Shown: positions 1-9,537 of the stretch, piece by piece
Layout of the letters: each line of letters begins with the position of its first letter
Position numbering within the stretch: position 1 is the stretch's first letter
Source: Sulfurovum sp.
GTDB lineage: Bacteria > Campylobacterota > Campylobacteria > Campylobacterales > Sulfurovaceae
Length of the DNA stretch: 42,136 nucleotides
Direction of reading: 5' to 3'
Assembly (NCBI GenBank): GCA_020726085.1
Contig: DYTG01000002.1
Location: 1-42,136 of the forward strand
Translations under genes and position numbers: made by a program
Notes under the pieces: generated by a model
Seen by the model: the letters and a program-made list of their open reading frames with translations, nothing else
Database searches by the model: none
Told to the model about the DNA's origin: nothing

Positions 1-238
1 CCGTAGGGGATTTTTTTCATGGTTTTGCTCTTTTTTTATTGTTTTGCTTTTTGGGGTTGATTATAGCATAGTTTGGATTGTAAATTAAATATTTTTTCGT
101 CATTGTGTGCTTAAGTCTCGAATTGCAAATAGAGTCGGCAAATGGAAATATTTTGAAAGCAATAAAAACCAACTATTAACCAAAAATAAGCTACAATTCA
201 TCAAAATTTAATAAAGAATTTATAAGACAGGAGAATAG

Positions 239-1471
239 ATGCAAGAGTTTTTGCAAAAAGCCAAATCTTCAACCAGGGTACTCAACGCCCTAAGCGGTGC
301 CAAAAAAAATCAAATGCTTTTGGAGATGGCGCAAGCGTTGCGTAGCAGTAGTCAAACCATCATCGAACACAACGCACTTGATATGGAAAATGCCCATACC
401 AGTGGACTTTCAGATGCTCTAAAAGATAGATTGTTGCTCAATGAGAGTCGCATTGAAGCCATGGCGATAGCCCTTGAAGAGATAGCCGCACTCAAAGACC
501 CTATCGGGCGTGTACTTGAGGGGTGGGTGAATGAAAATGGGCTAAAAATCGAAAAAGTTACCATTCCTATCGGGGTCGTTGGGATTATTTATGAATCTCG
601 CCCCAATGTCACGAGTGATACGGCAGGACTTTGTTTCAAAAGCTCCAATGTGTGCGTACTCAAAGGCGGAAAAGAGGCGGATAACTCCAATAGAATTATT
701 GCCCAAATCTTACAAGATGTACTCCAAAAAAATGGCTTACCCAGAGAGATTATCGCTTTATTGCCCGATGCTTCTCGCGAGGGAGTTGCGTGGCTTATTA
801 AACAAGATAGGTATGTTGATCTTATCGTCCCACGAGGAGGGCAAGGATTGATTGATTATGTGAGTCAAAACGCAACTGTCCCTGTAGTCAAACACGACAA
901 AGGACAGTGTCACACCTACATCGACAAAGATGCCAATCAAGACCAAGCCATTACTATTGCTATCAATGCCAAATGCCAACGCCCTGGAGTCTGTAACGCT
1001 ATGGAGACTTTGCTTGTCGATAGTGCCATTGCTCAAGAGATTTTGCCCCGTCTCAAAAGTGCTTTTGATGCCTATCATACCCAGCTCAAAGGGTGCGATA
1101 CCACCCAAAGCATTATTGAAGTAGCCCACGCCAATGATGAGGCGTTTCATACGGAGTATCTTGCCAATATTCTTAATATTCGTGTGGTTGAGGGAGTCGA
1201 GGGGGCTATTAGCCATATCATTGAGTACGGTTCGGGACACTCGGAGGCGATTATTACCCAAAACATTGCAACAGGTGAGCGGTTTTTAAACGCCGTTGAT
1301 GCTGCTGCGGTCTATATCAACGCTTCGACACGGTTTACCGATGGAGGCGTTTTTGGGTTTGGTGCTGAGGTGGGAATTAGTACCAACAAACTCCACGCAC
1401 GAGGACCTATGGGCGTTGAGGGGCTTACGACCTATAAATACAAAATCTACGGCGATGGGCAGATACGTTAG
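239..1471 (+). CDS. proA: gamma-glutamyl phosphate reductase
   Basis: 410-aa ORF with ProA-type ALDH signatures (LIVPRGGQGLI, GHSEAIIT, YINASTRFTDGGVFGFGAEVGISTNKLHARGPMG). A GGAG RBS lies a few nt before the ATG. Confidence 0.93.
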   Translation: MQEFLQKAKSSTRVLNALSGAKKNQMLLEMAQALRSSSQTIIEHNALDMENAHTSGLSDALKDRLLLNESRIEAMAIALEEIAALKDPIGRVLEGWVNENGLKIEKVTIPIGVVGIIYESRPNVTSDTAGLCFKSSNVCVLKGGKEADNSNRIIAQILQDVLQKNGLPREIIALLPDASREGVAWLIKQDRYVDLIVPRGGQGLIDYVSQNATVPVVKHDKGQCHTYIDKDANQDQAITIAINAKCQRPGVCNAMETLLVDSAIAQEILPRLKSAFDAYHTQLKGCDTTQSIIEVAHANDEAFHTEYLANILNIRVVEGVEGAISHIIEYGSGHSEAIITQNIATGERFLNAVDAAAVYINASTRFTDGGVFGFGAEVGISTNKLHARGPMGVEGLTTYKYKIYGDGQIR

Positions 1472-1474
1472 GAT

Positions 1475-2422
1475 ATGGAGAGTTTTGTAGCCCAAGAAAC
1501 AGGACGACTCGATAAGATTTTAACCCAACATCTCAATCAAAGCCGTAATCAAATCGAAAAACTTATCAAAGAGGCTCTTGTGAGTGTAAATAATAGAGCC
1601 GTAACAAAGCCGAGTTTCAAAGTACTAGAGGGGCAAATCGTAGCCTATAGCTTCAAAGAGGCAATCATCTCAGCACCCCAAGCGGTTGATTTTGATGTAG
1701 CTATTCTCTACGAAGATGAAGATATTTTAATCCTCAACAAACCCGCCCATCTCGTCGTCCACCCCGCCCCTAGCGTCAAAGAGCCTACATTGGTAGATTG
1801 GCTTATAGCTAGAGGTATTTCGCTCTCTACTCTTAGCGGTGAGGAGCGTCATGGGATTGTACATCGTATCGACAAAGAGACGACAGGGGCGTTGGTAGTA
1901 GCCAAAAACAACGAAGCCCATCAAAAATTAAGCCAACAACTCCAAGATAAAAGCATGGGTCGATACTATTTGGCAGTGATTGACTATCCTCTCAAAGAAG
2001 ACACTATCGTCAAACAACCCATCGGAAGAAACCCCAATAATCGTCTAAAGATGAGCATCAATAGCCACGGCAAAGAGGCAAAGAGTGCTTTTGTCAAACT
2101 CCTTGAGGGCAAAGATCATTTGGAACTTATCGTTGCCAAGCTCTACACAGGACGAACCCACCAAATACGAGTGCATCTTTCGCATTTGGGACGGCATATT
2201 GTAGGCGATACGCTCTACGGATACCAAAGCCAAAATGCATCGTACAGAGTGCAACTTCATGCCTATTTGCTCTATCTCATTCATCCACGAACGGGTAAAA
2301 AAATTGAAGTAGTAGCACCGCTTTTTGAGGATATGGAGAGACTATTGGAAGCTAAATTTGACTCTTATCAAAAGACCATAGAGTCTCTCAAAGAGAGATT
2401 TATAGATACACCCTCTATCTAA
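1475..2422 (+). CDS. rluD: RluA/RluD-family 23S rRNA pseudouridine synthase
   Basis: 315-aa ORF with an S4-like N-terminus, the catalytic motif HRIDKETTGALVVAKN and GRTHQIRVHL. It starts 3 nt after the proA stop. Confidence 0.85.
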   Translation: MESFVAQETGRLDKILTQHLNQSRNQIEKLIKEALVSVNNRAVTKPSFKVLEGQIVAYSFKEAIISAPQAVDFDVAILYEDEDILILNKPAHLVVHPAPSVKEPTLVDWLIARGISLSTLSGEERHGIVHRIDKETTGALVVAKNNEAHQKLSQQLQDKSMGRYYLAVIDYPLKEDTIVKQPIGRNPNNRLKMSINSHGKEAKSAFVKLLEGKDHLELIVAKLYTGRTHQIRVHLSHLGRHIVGDTLYGYQSQNASYRVQLHAYLLYLIHPRTGKKIEVVAPLFEDMERLLEAKFDSYQKTIESLKERFIDTPSI

Positions 2423-2476
2423 CTCTCAATCACAATAGGTTATAATATATGCCAATAAAACAAAGAGAATATCGCA

Positions 2477-3646
2477 ATGCCACATATCAAAAGCAAACCG
2501 TTTAATAGAGAGATTTTAAGCCATCATCAAGAATTTAATGATTTTATTACTTTTCGTGCTACCGATGAGCATGAGGAGCTTTGGGGTATATGCTATGAGG
2601 GGGTGGAGTTTTTGCTCCATCTCAAAATCGATAGCGATGGAAACTACCTCTTGAAATACGACAAAGTTACCCGTCCGCTCAAAGTTGATTTGCTCAAAAA
2701 GAGTATTGCCGCCCTTGCCGATATACTTAAGCTTGAAATTTTAAGTGCCAATATCGTTTCATACAAAACCCAAGCACCTTTGGCTTCAATGTATCAAAAA
2801 AGCATCAAAGATTTTGAAAATATTGAGTTTGGAAACCAAAAAGTTTCACTCGAAGTAGGCTTTGGAAGCGGTAAACATATCTTGTATCAAGCCACCCAAA
2901 ACCCCGATAAACTCTACATCGGCATTGAGATACACACCCCCTCAGCCCAGCAACTTCTCAAACAAATAGGATTGCAAAACCTTACTAATATTTGGGTGGT
3001 CAATTATGATGCAAGGCTTCTATTGGAGATGTTTGCTTCCAATAGTTTAGAGGAGATTTACGTCCATTTTCCTGTACCGTGGGATAAAAAACCCCATCGC
3101 AGGGTTATTGGTCCTAATTTTTTGACCCAATCGATGCGTACGCTCAAAATCGGAGGGACTTTGGAGCTACGAACCGATAGTGACAACTACTTTTGGTATG
3201 CCTTGCAAACCTTTTTTGCTTATCCAAAGATTGAAGTAAAGGTACACAAAAACAGAGACCTAGAAGTAGTGAGCAAATACGAAGCTAGATGGCGACGACA
3301 AGCCAAAGATATTTACGATGTTTGGGTGGTATCGCACGAAAACTCTCCACAAGATAGACGAGATTTCAAGTTTGATTTTGATACGATTGGGTACAATAAT
3401 GGTTTAAAAAATACTCTCCCCAGTGAAAGTCAAATGTTTGAGGAGTATTTTATTCACTTTGAGCGAATCTATAGCGTCGTTGGGGGTGGGTGGTTGGTAC
3501 GTGTGGCAATGGGAAGTTTTGATAGACCCGAACATAAATTTATTTTAATGACACCCAAAGAGATACGCTATATGCCCTCACCGCCCGTAGCAACGCTCAC
3601 CAACTATCGTGTACACCAAAAATTGCAGGAGTTTTTAAATGAGTAA
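2477..3646 (+). CDS. trmB: tRNA (guanine46-N7)-methyltransferase with long N-terminal extension
   Basis: 389-aa ORF. The C-terminal half has TrmB motifs (LEVGFGSGKHI, YIGIEIH, VHFPVPWDKKPHRRV). The ~115-aa N-terminal extension is typical of epsilonproteobacterial TrmB. Confidence 0.85.
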   Translation: MPHIKSKPFNREILSHHQEFNDFITFRATDEHEELWGICYEGVEFLLHLKIDSDGNYLLKYDKVTRPLKVDLLKKSIAALADILKLEILSANIVSYKTQAPLASMYQKSIKDFENIEFGNQKVSLEVGFGSGKHILYQATQNPDKLYIGIEIHTPSAQQLLKQIGLQNLTNIWVVNYDARLLLEMFASNSLEEIYVHFPVPWDKKPHRRVIGPNFLTQSMRTLKIGGTLELRTDSDNYFWYALQTFFAYPKIEVKVHKNRDLEVVSKYEARWRRQAKDIYDVWVVSHENSPQDRRDFKFDFDTIGYNNGLKNTLPSESQMFEEYFIHFERIYSVVGGGWLVRVAMGSFDRPEHKFILMTPKEIRYMPSPPVATLTNYRVHQKLQEFLNE

Positions 3647-4319
3647 CACCAGTGTCATAAATGCCTCTTACCTTAATCTCTCCTATCATGATGAATCAAG
3701 TGAGATTATCAAAGATGCCTCGTTTGCTATCAATAAAGGTGACTTTGTTTTTATCACAGGGCCTAGCGGAAGCGGTAAATCGACATTACTCAAAGCACTC
3801 TATGGCAAACTTAAGCCTTTTAGCGGTGAACTCAATGTGGGAGGACTTGATATGAATGAAATATCCAATAAAAACCTCCAAAAGTTGCGTCAAAATTTGG
3901 GCATTATCTTCCAAGACTACAAATTAATCAATGAGTGGAGTGTCGAAAAAAACGTCGCTTTGCCTTTGATTATCGCAGGTTACTCCAAAGATATTCAACA
4001 CACACAAGCCAAAAGGTTACTAACCCATGTCAAATTGCTCGAACATATCTACAAAACCCCTTTAGAACTAAGCGGTGGTGAACAACAACGAGTAGGAGTA
4101 GCACGAGCTTTATCCAAAAATCCTTTTTTAATCCTTGCCGATGAACCCACAGGAAACCTCGATGAGTACTCCTCTAATGTCATTTGGGATTTGATGGAAA
4201 ACACCTGCGAACAGCTTAATACCACCGTAGTGGTTGTCACACACAAAATCCCCAATATTTTCTCCATTCCTTATCGTCATCTCATCATCGAAAATAGGGG
4301 TATCTATGAAATTCATTAA
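3639..4319 (+). CDS. ftsE: cell-division ABC ATPase FtsE
   Basis: 226-aa ORF with Walker [10 protein letters not shown], the ABC signature [15 protein letters not shown] and Walker [12 protein letters not shown]. It overlaps trmB by 8 nt and is followed by an FtsX-like permease. Confidence 0.85.
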   Translation: MSNTSVINASYLNLSYHDESSEIIKDASFAINKGDFVFITGPSGSGKSTLLKALYGKLKPFSGELNVGGLDMNEISNKNLQKLRQNLGIIFQDYKLINEWSVEKNVALPLIIAGYSKDIQHTQAKRLLTHVKLLEHIYKTPLELSGGEQQRVGVARALSKNPFLILADEPTGNLDEYSSNVIWDLMENTCEQLNTTVVVVTHKIPNIFSIPYRHLIIENRGIYEIH

Positions 4320-5118
4320 AAATCATATCACCTTTATCTTGCCACTCATGGCGGTTTTGATTGGTTTGGAGTTCTATTTCGTCTTTGAACGAACCACCAA
4401 AAACTACGAAGAGGGACTCAAAAACAACTACTCTATGCTTATCGTTGCCCACGATAAAGTCGATATTGAGTATTTGCAATCGCTTAATTCGCATATTGCT
4501 ACCATAGAAGAGGTCAAAAAAGACTCCATTGTCGATGAGATTTCCAAAGGACTCAAAGACTCTAGCAAAGCTTCACTCTCTAAAATTTTGCCCCATTTTT
4601 ACAACACCAAACTCGATACCTATCTAAGCATGGATGATATTAGCACTATCAAAGCCGATCTTGAAAAGAGCAACAAAATCAAAAGTGTCGAAACCTTTGA
4701 CAACTCGCACAACTCTACTTACAAACTCTTTGTCTTTTTAAAATTTATCTTTAAGATTTTTATTTTGTTTATAGGTATCGTAAGCTTCTTTTTGATATTT
4801 AAGCAGATGGAGGTGTGGAGCTTGACGCACAAAGACAGAATGAATATCATGGAGATATTTGGCGCACCGCTCTTTTTGCGTAGTGCCGTGATGTATCGTA
4901 TCGCCGTTACTGATGCCTTTTTTTCATCCATTTTTATCTCGCTTGTTTTTGTCTATCTTAAGTACAACTGGGCTAGTAGTAGTGGCATTGAGATACTTAT
5001 GCGCAATCGAGAACTTATATTTGAGTTTGGTGATTTTTTCAAGATGCTGGGTATCTCATTGGCTATCGTTATCACATCGGTCTATTTGGTTGTTTCCAAT
5101 ATGAAGGATGAGCGTTGA
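4306..5118 (+). CDS. ftsX: FtsX-like cell-division permease
   Basis: I chose the ATG at 4306 ([10 protein letters not shown]...), which overlaps the ftsE stop. The topology is 1 TM, a ~130-aa periplasmic loop, then 3 C-terminal TMs. Its position directly after ftsE supports the call. Confidence 0.7.
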   Translation: MKFIKNHITFILPLMAVLIGLEFYFVFERTTKNYEEGLKNNYSMLIVAHDKVDIEYLQSLNSHIATIEEVKKDSIVDEISKGLKDSSKASLSKILPHFYNTKLDTYLSMDDISTIKADLEKSNKIKSVETFDNSHNSTYKLFVFLKFIFKIFILFIGIVSFFLIFKQMEVWSLTHKDRMNIMEIFGAPLFLRSAVMYRIAVTDAFFSSIFISLVFVYLKYNWASSSGIEILMRNRELIFEFGDFFKMLGISLAIVITSVYLVVSNMKDER

Positions 5119-6323
5119 GGATACTCTTTGGCCTATGGTTGGCTCTAAGTTTGAGCTTTGCAACCAATCTCAATACCAAAATCAACGACTCCAAAAAGCA
5201 ATTAAGTCAAGTCGAACAGACCAAAAGTGCCACGAGTGCAAAGCTTGCTCAGATCGTCCAAAACATCAAGAAAGCCAAAAATCAAAGCAAACTCTACGAT
5301 GCACGTATCGAAAAACTCTCCAAAGAGAAAAACCAAAACGAAGAACTCTATCAAAAATCAAAAGTCCAACTCAACGACTACAACAAGCTCTACCGTGATA
5401 CCGACAAGGAGATAAAGCTCAAAAATATGCGCTTTTTATCCCTGCTCTCCAATCAATTTGGTGTGATTTTTGCGATGCAAAAAGTCAAAAAAAATACTCA
5501 AAAATCGATTATCTACAAAGAGATATATGAGTACTACAAAGTCCAAAACATCAAAGAGCTTCAAGAGCTCAAAGTCGAAATCGAAAAGTGGCAAACCAAA
5601 CAAAGCGACATCACTCAAAAGCGAAAAAATATCCAATCCACCATGACAAAAATCGAAAAACAACACAACGAGTATAAAAAAGAGAAACGAAACAAAAAAG
5701 TACTCTTAAACAAACTCGCCCAAGATGAGGAAATTTACCGCAAAAAACTTCAATCCATCGTCGATAAACAAAGCTCACTTCGTTCGACACTTGCCAAGCT
5801 CAATATTCTCCAAACCAAAGAGGTAGAAAAGGCTCGTGCCGAGGAGATAGCAAGAAGCAACGCACTCAAAACCAAACAGTTCAAAGACTACAAAGGCTCC
5901 AACCAATCCTCCTACTACATGACCAATGTCACCGCCTATCAAGGTCAAAAAACCCTCTCGCCCATTCAAGGGGCTAGGGTTGTCAAACGCTTCGGAACGC
6001 ACATCGACCCCATCTATAAAATCAAAATCTTTAACGACTCCATTACGCTCAAAGCACCCAATAGGGACTCCAAAGTAAGCAGTGTGCTTTCGGGCAAAGT
6101 GGTCTATTCGGGAAGCAACTCAATGCTAGGAAATGTCGTCGTCGTAGCCCATGATCAAAAACTTCATACCATTTATGCAGGATTGTCGCATATCGCCCCA
6201 ACCATTCGAGTAGGCAAACATCTATCCACGGGCGAAGTGATTGGGCGAGTCTCTAGTAAACTCATCTTTCAAGCTACCAAAAATTCAAAACATATCAATC
6301 CTTTGCATTTAATTCAGATTTAA
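5115..6323 (+). CDS. EnvC-like coiled-coil protein with degenerate M23/LytM domain (murein hydrolase activator type)
   Basis: The TTG start overlaps the ftsX TGA, with an AAGGA RBS upstream. It has a signal-like N-terminus (ILFGLWLALSLSFA), ~250 aa of K/E/Q-rich coiled coil and a C-terminal LytM fold (SGKVVYSG, GNVVVVAH, GEVIGRV). The HxxxD and HxH metal ligands are replaced (FNDSITL, YAGL, KLIFQ). Confidence 0.75.
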   Translation: MRILFGLWLALSLSFATNLNTKINDSKKQLSQVEQTKSATSAKLAQIVQNIKKAKNQSKLYDARIEKLSKEKNQNEELYQKSKVQLNDYNKLYRDTDKEIKLKNMRFLSLLSNQFGVIFAMQKVKKNTQKSIIYKEIYEYYKVQNIKELQELKVEIEKWQTKQSDITQKRKNIQSTMTKIEKQHNEYKKEKRNKKVLLNKLAQDEEIYRKKLQSIVDKQSSLRSTLAKLNILQTKEVEKARAEEIARSNALKTKQFKDYKGSNQSSYYMTNVTAYQGQKTLSPIQGARVVKRFGTHIDPIYKIKIFNDSITLKAPNRDSKVSSVLSGKVVYSGSNSMLGNVVVVAHDQKLHTIYAGLSHIAPTIRVGKHLSTGEVIGRVSSKLIFQATKNSKHINPLHLIQI

Positions 6324-6397
6324 AGAAGAGAAGTAGTAAATTTTTCTTAATTTGGATATAATTGTAAAAGATAATAGATTCCAAAGAGAGGTTGCCT

Positions 6398-8830
6398 ATG
6401 AGAATATTAATAGTTTTATTGCTCTGTATCGCATTTTCTTATGCCAAGCAGAGTGACTCCATCATACTAAGCAGCCACCCATCGCCCAGTGAGGCAACAG
6501 TAGCACTTGCCAAAGCCAACCAAAACCTCCTTATTCAAGAGCTAATCAAACGTTTTGAATTTAAAGCAACCATTGAAAAAAACGATAATGAACTCCTGAT
6601 TGTTCTTACAGATTTTAGCAATCCCAAAACTATTCCATTGGTTTATGAAGTTCTCAAAAGAGATTACCATACACTCAAAACCAATTATCGTGTTATCAAA
6701 AACAACACAGGATTCGATATTGTTTGGTTGGCGGTTATATTTGTGATGTTTGGCACAATTGGTGTTATCTTTATTGTGCGTTCTTCCACAAAATACAATG
6801 AACTTGAAACGGAGTATAAAAAACTTAAAAAAATCAAAGATTCGCTCTCTGACAAACACGATGAAGTCCTAAACAATTTGGGTTACAAGATAGAGAAAAC
6901 TGCCCTTAGTATGATTAGTGCAAGAGATGAGATTATCAATGAACCCATCCAAGAATACACCAAAGAAGTCGTTCAAAGAAAATTTCAATCCATTCAAGCA
7001 ACCGATAAAATCTTAATTGACACAACCGAACAAATCATCAACTTTCTCAAAGCCAAATCGGGCAAACTTAAGTTGCAACACGAATCTTTTGATCTCAATA
7101 AACTTTTGGATGAAATCACTGCATTTGTTTTTCAAAACTTCAAAGGCAAAGCCGTAGAGCTTATTTACGATATCAATATCGACGTACCTCGCTATATCAT
7201 GGGAGATAGAAATCGCTTAAGTGAATTGCTTATGAATATTTTGGATTACTCCCTTAGGCACACTTCAAGGGGCTATATCAAATTGGTAATCGCAAAATTT
7301 GACCATGTGCGAGTCGATACAGCTTTGATAGAGTTTAAAATCGTTGATACTAGTACGGGGGTAAAAAAAGAGCAAGAGGATGCTATCTTCACCCCATTTA
7401 GCAACAACGACAACCAAAGAGGACTCTTTATTACCAAAGAGTTGGTTCGACTCATGAAAGGAGATTTGGAGTTTGTATCACGCTACGGCAAAGGCAACAC
7501 TTTCTCGATAACCATTCCGCTGAGTGTTGATGATAAACGCAAACAATCCTATACACTCTCAACTGACTCCATCTCGCTTAAAGAGCTTGAAAAACGCTAC
7601 ATTGGTATTATCGACAAAGATGAAGAGAGTGCCATGGCGCTTAAAAAATCCTTTTTACACTTTACCAAAAACGTCTCCACTGTTGCCGACTACAGCTTAA
7701 ATGATTACGATGTTCTCAATCGCTTTGATTTGCTTTTGATTGATCACAGTATGCTCTACAATGAGACCTTTGAACTCATTAAAAAGATACAAAAACACAA
7801 AGAACTCAAACTCATAATTACACACTCAATGCTCAACAGTGACTACGTCGAAGTTGTGGATGAGCAAATCGAACGCTACATCTCAAAACCCCTAACACCC
7901 TCTTATGCGCAAAAGATATTTTTGGACATCTTTAGCCAACTCAAAGTGGTTTCCAACGAAGATGAGATGATCTACATGGAGAAGATGAGAGACAAGTGTT
8001 CAAGTACTCTACCCAAGCAATACCCCAAACCAATGATAGATACCAAAGATGCAACTCCTGAGTTTTTCAAAGAGTTTGCACGAAGCTCTATTTTGATTAT
8101 TAGTGACGATAAAATGACACTCAACATCTTAATGGAGACAATAGGTAACAGTGGCATTCGTTGTGCTTTGGCATCCAATAACCAAGAGGCTTTTGAACAA
8201 TTGGGCAAATACTATCACAACTTTGATCTCATTCTCCTCAATATGGAAAAAGAGTGTACAAACGGCTATCTTTTGACCAAAATGATACGATCATCGCACA
8301 CTTACGACAAAATACCCCTTGTTGCTATTATCAATACACAATACAACCAAAGTGAAATTCTCAAAGCAGGTATCAATGCCTATATCATCAAACCCATCCG
8401 TTTGGCAACGATATACAGTGCTTTTAACCTCTTTTTAGACAAAGTTAATCTAGGCTCTCCCTATGTACGCTTTAGTCAAAGTGAACAGATACTTGACATT
8501 ACACGAGGTATCATGCAGACTCAACACGACTACCAAGTCTATCTTGAACTTGTCAAAGAGTTCAAAGATGCCTACGGTAATAGTGCCGTGCAGTTTAAAA
8601 CCCTTATCCAAAACCAACAATACGACAGGCTTAAAGAACTTGTCAATAATATGCTGGGATTGAGCGATATTTTGGGTGCTAACAATATGTTTGCATTGCT
8701 CAAAAGACTTGTCCAAGATGTTCGCAACAAAGAGTATGCCAAAGTCACTGAGTCTATTGATGAGTACATCGAGGAGCTTGAAGCGCTCAATACCAATATA
8801 GAAATCTATATCCGAAGCGTTAAATCCTAA
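6398..8830 (+). CDS. membrane-anchored hybrid histidine-kinase-like protein (DHp-like + HATPase-like + 2 receiver-like domains + HPt-like) with degenerate phospho-sites
   Basis: The ATG at 6398 follows an AGAGAGG RBS (the ORF track starts at a TTG at 6392). It has a signal/TM segment, then a second TM (IVWLAVIFVMFGTIGVIFIV). The HATPase_c-like block includes MGDRNRLSELLMNILDYSL, VDTSTGV and GLFITKELVRLMKGDLEF. Receiver-like blocks include LLLIDHSM...ISKPL and ILIISDD...LILLNME...IIKPI. The C-terminal four-helix HPt-like block contains VNNMLGLSDILGA. Confidence 0.75.
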   Translation: MRILIVLLLCIAFSYAKQSDSIILSSHPSPSEATVALAKANQNLLIQELIKRFEFKATIEKNDNELLIVLTDFSNPKTIPLVYEVLKRDYHTLKTNYRVIKNNTGFDIVWLAVIFVMFGTIGVIFIVRSSTKYNELETEYKKLKKIKDSLSDKHDEVLNNLGYKIEKTALSMISARDEIINEPIQEYTKEVVQRKFQSIQATDKILIDTTEQIINFLKAKSGKLKLQHESFDLNKLLDEITAFVFQNFKGKAVELIYDINIDVPRYIMGDRNRLSELLMNILDYSLRHTSRGYIKLVIAKFDHVRVDTALIEFKIVDTSTGVKKEQEDAIFTPFSNNDNQRGLFITKELVRLMKGDLEFVSRYGKGNTFSITIPLSVDDKRKQSYTLSTDSISLKELEKRYIGIIDKDEESAMALKKSFLHFTKNVSTVADYSLNDYDVLNRFDLLLIDHSMLYNETFELIKKIQKHKELKLIITHSMLNSDYVEVVDEQIERYISKPLTPSYAQKIFLDIFSQLKVVSNEDEMIYMEKMRDKCSSTLPKQYPKPMIDTKDATPEFFKEFARSSILIISDDKMTLNILMETIGNSGIRCALASNNQEAFEQLGKYYHNFDLILLNMEKECTNGYLLTKMIRSSHTYDKIPLVAIINTQYNQSEILKAGINAYIIKPIRLATIYSAFNLFLDKVNLGSPYVRFSQSEQILDITRGIMQTQHDYQVYLELVKEFKDAYGNSAVQFKTLIQNQQYDRLKELVNNMLGLSDILGANNMFALLKRLVQDVRNKEYAKVTESIDEYIEELEALNTNIEIYIRSVKS

Positions 8831-8848
8831 CAAGAGATTTAACTACAA

Positions 8849-8876
8849 TTAACCTTTATGGGTTAAAATTTTTTTT
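8849..8876 (+). terminator. candidate rho-independent terminator after the hybrid kinase-like gene
   Basis: A TTAACC / GGTTAA 6-bp stem (8849-8854 and 8861-8866) is followed by a run of 8 T (8869-8876), 19 nt after the stop codon. The stem is short and AT-rich. Confidence 0.4.
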
Positions 8877-8924
8877 GAGTCGCAAAGGCTTAGACTGAAC
8901 ATAACCTTACAAAGGAGTACACTT

Positions 8925-9416
8925 ATGAAAAAAATTTTCAATACGATGACTGGAGTTGTATTAGCGGGCGGTTTGCTTCATGCTTCACCTTACGATAGCA
9001 ACGACTTTGACGATGAGTTTAGACGCATGCAACACTACATCAATACTGTTTTTAATTCGCACTTCTCTTCTTCTTATCGTCATGGACTCTACCCCAAAGC
9101 AAACTTCTATGACAAAAACGATCAATATCTCTTAGAGTTTGAGTTGGCGGGAGTTGATAAAAACGATATTAATGTCTCAATTGTCAAGGATAATTTGCTT
9201 ACCGTCGAGGGCAATAAAAAACGAGAAATCAAAACCAACAATCGAACATCGTTTCAAGAAGAGATTTACTTTGGCAAATTTAAACGTGTCGTACAACTAC
9301 CCAAAAACTCTGATACGCAAAAGATTGATGTCAAACACACCAATGGGGTATTAACCGTAACCATACCCAAAAAAGCTCCCGAGATTGAGCAATCCAAAGT
9401 CTTGCCTATCAACTGA
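8925..9416 (+). CDS. Hsp20/alpha-crystallin family small heat-shock protein with N-terminal signal peptide
   Basis: 163-aa ORF after an AAGGAG RBS. The alpha-crystallin domain includes ANFYDKNDQYLLEFELAGVDKNDINVSI, LLTVEGNKK, GKFKRVVQLP and NGVLTVTIPKK. The N-terminus MKKIFNTMTGVVLAGGLLHA/SP looks like a Sec signal. Confidence 0.85.
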   Translation: MKKIFNTMTGVVLAGGLLHASPYDSNDFDDEFRRMQHYINTVFNSHFSSSYRHGLYPKANFYDKNDQYLLEFELAGVDKNDINVSIVKDNLLTVEGNKKREIKTNNRTSFQEEIYFGKFKRVVQLPKNSDTQKIDVKHTNGVLTVTIPKKAPEIEQSKVLPIN

Positions 9417-9495
9417 CCTCCTATCTTCACTCCTTCTGGAGATGGAAACTTTTTCACTGCACTTTAAATTAAGAGTTATTTTATCTTAAATTGGT

Positions 9496-9524
9496 TATAA
9501 TCTCTTTGTTAATAAAAATTATTA
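9496..9524 (+). promoter_or_regulatory. candidate ahpC promoter -10 box plus 6-3-6 palindromic operator (Fur/PerR-box-like)
   Basis: TATAAT lies at 9496-9501. The palindrome TAATAA-aaa-TTATTA at 9510-9524 sits between the -10 box and the AAGGA RBS of ahpC. AT-rich inverted repeats of this kind are typical Fur-family operators. Confidence 0.4.
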
Positions 9525-9537
9525 CTAAGGAATAAAA

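Noticed and set aside
1-20. Possible start of a minus-strand gene (ccATGaaaaaaatcccctacgg reads MKKIPY leftwards off the window)
   Set aside because: Only 6 codons are visible, so neither the product nor the reality of the gene can be judged.
5108-5398. Highly basic 96-aa ORF in an alternative frame at the start of the EnvC-like gene
   Set aside because: It is the out-of-frame reading of a K/E/Q-rich coiled-coil region. The EnvC-like frame continues for 402 aa into a recognisable LytM domain.
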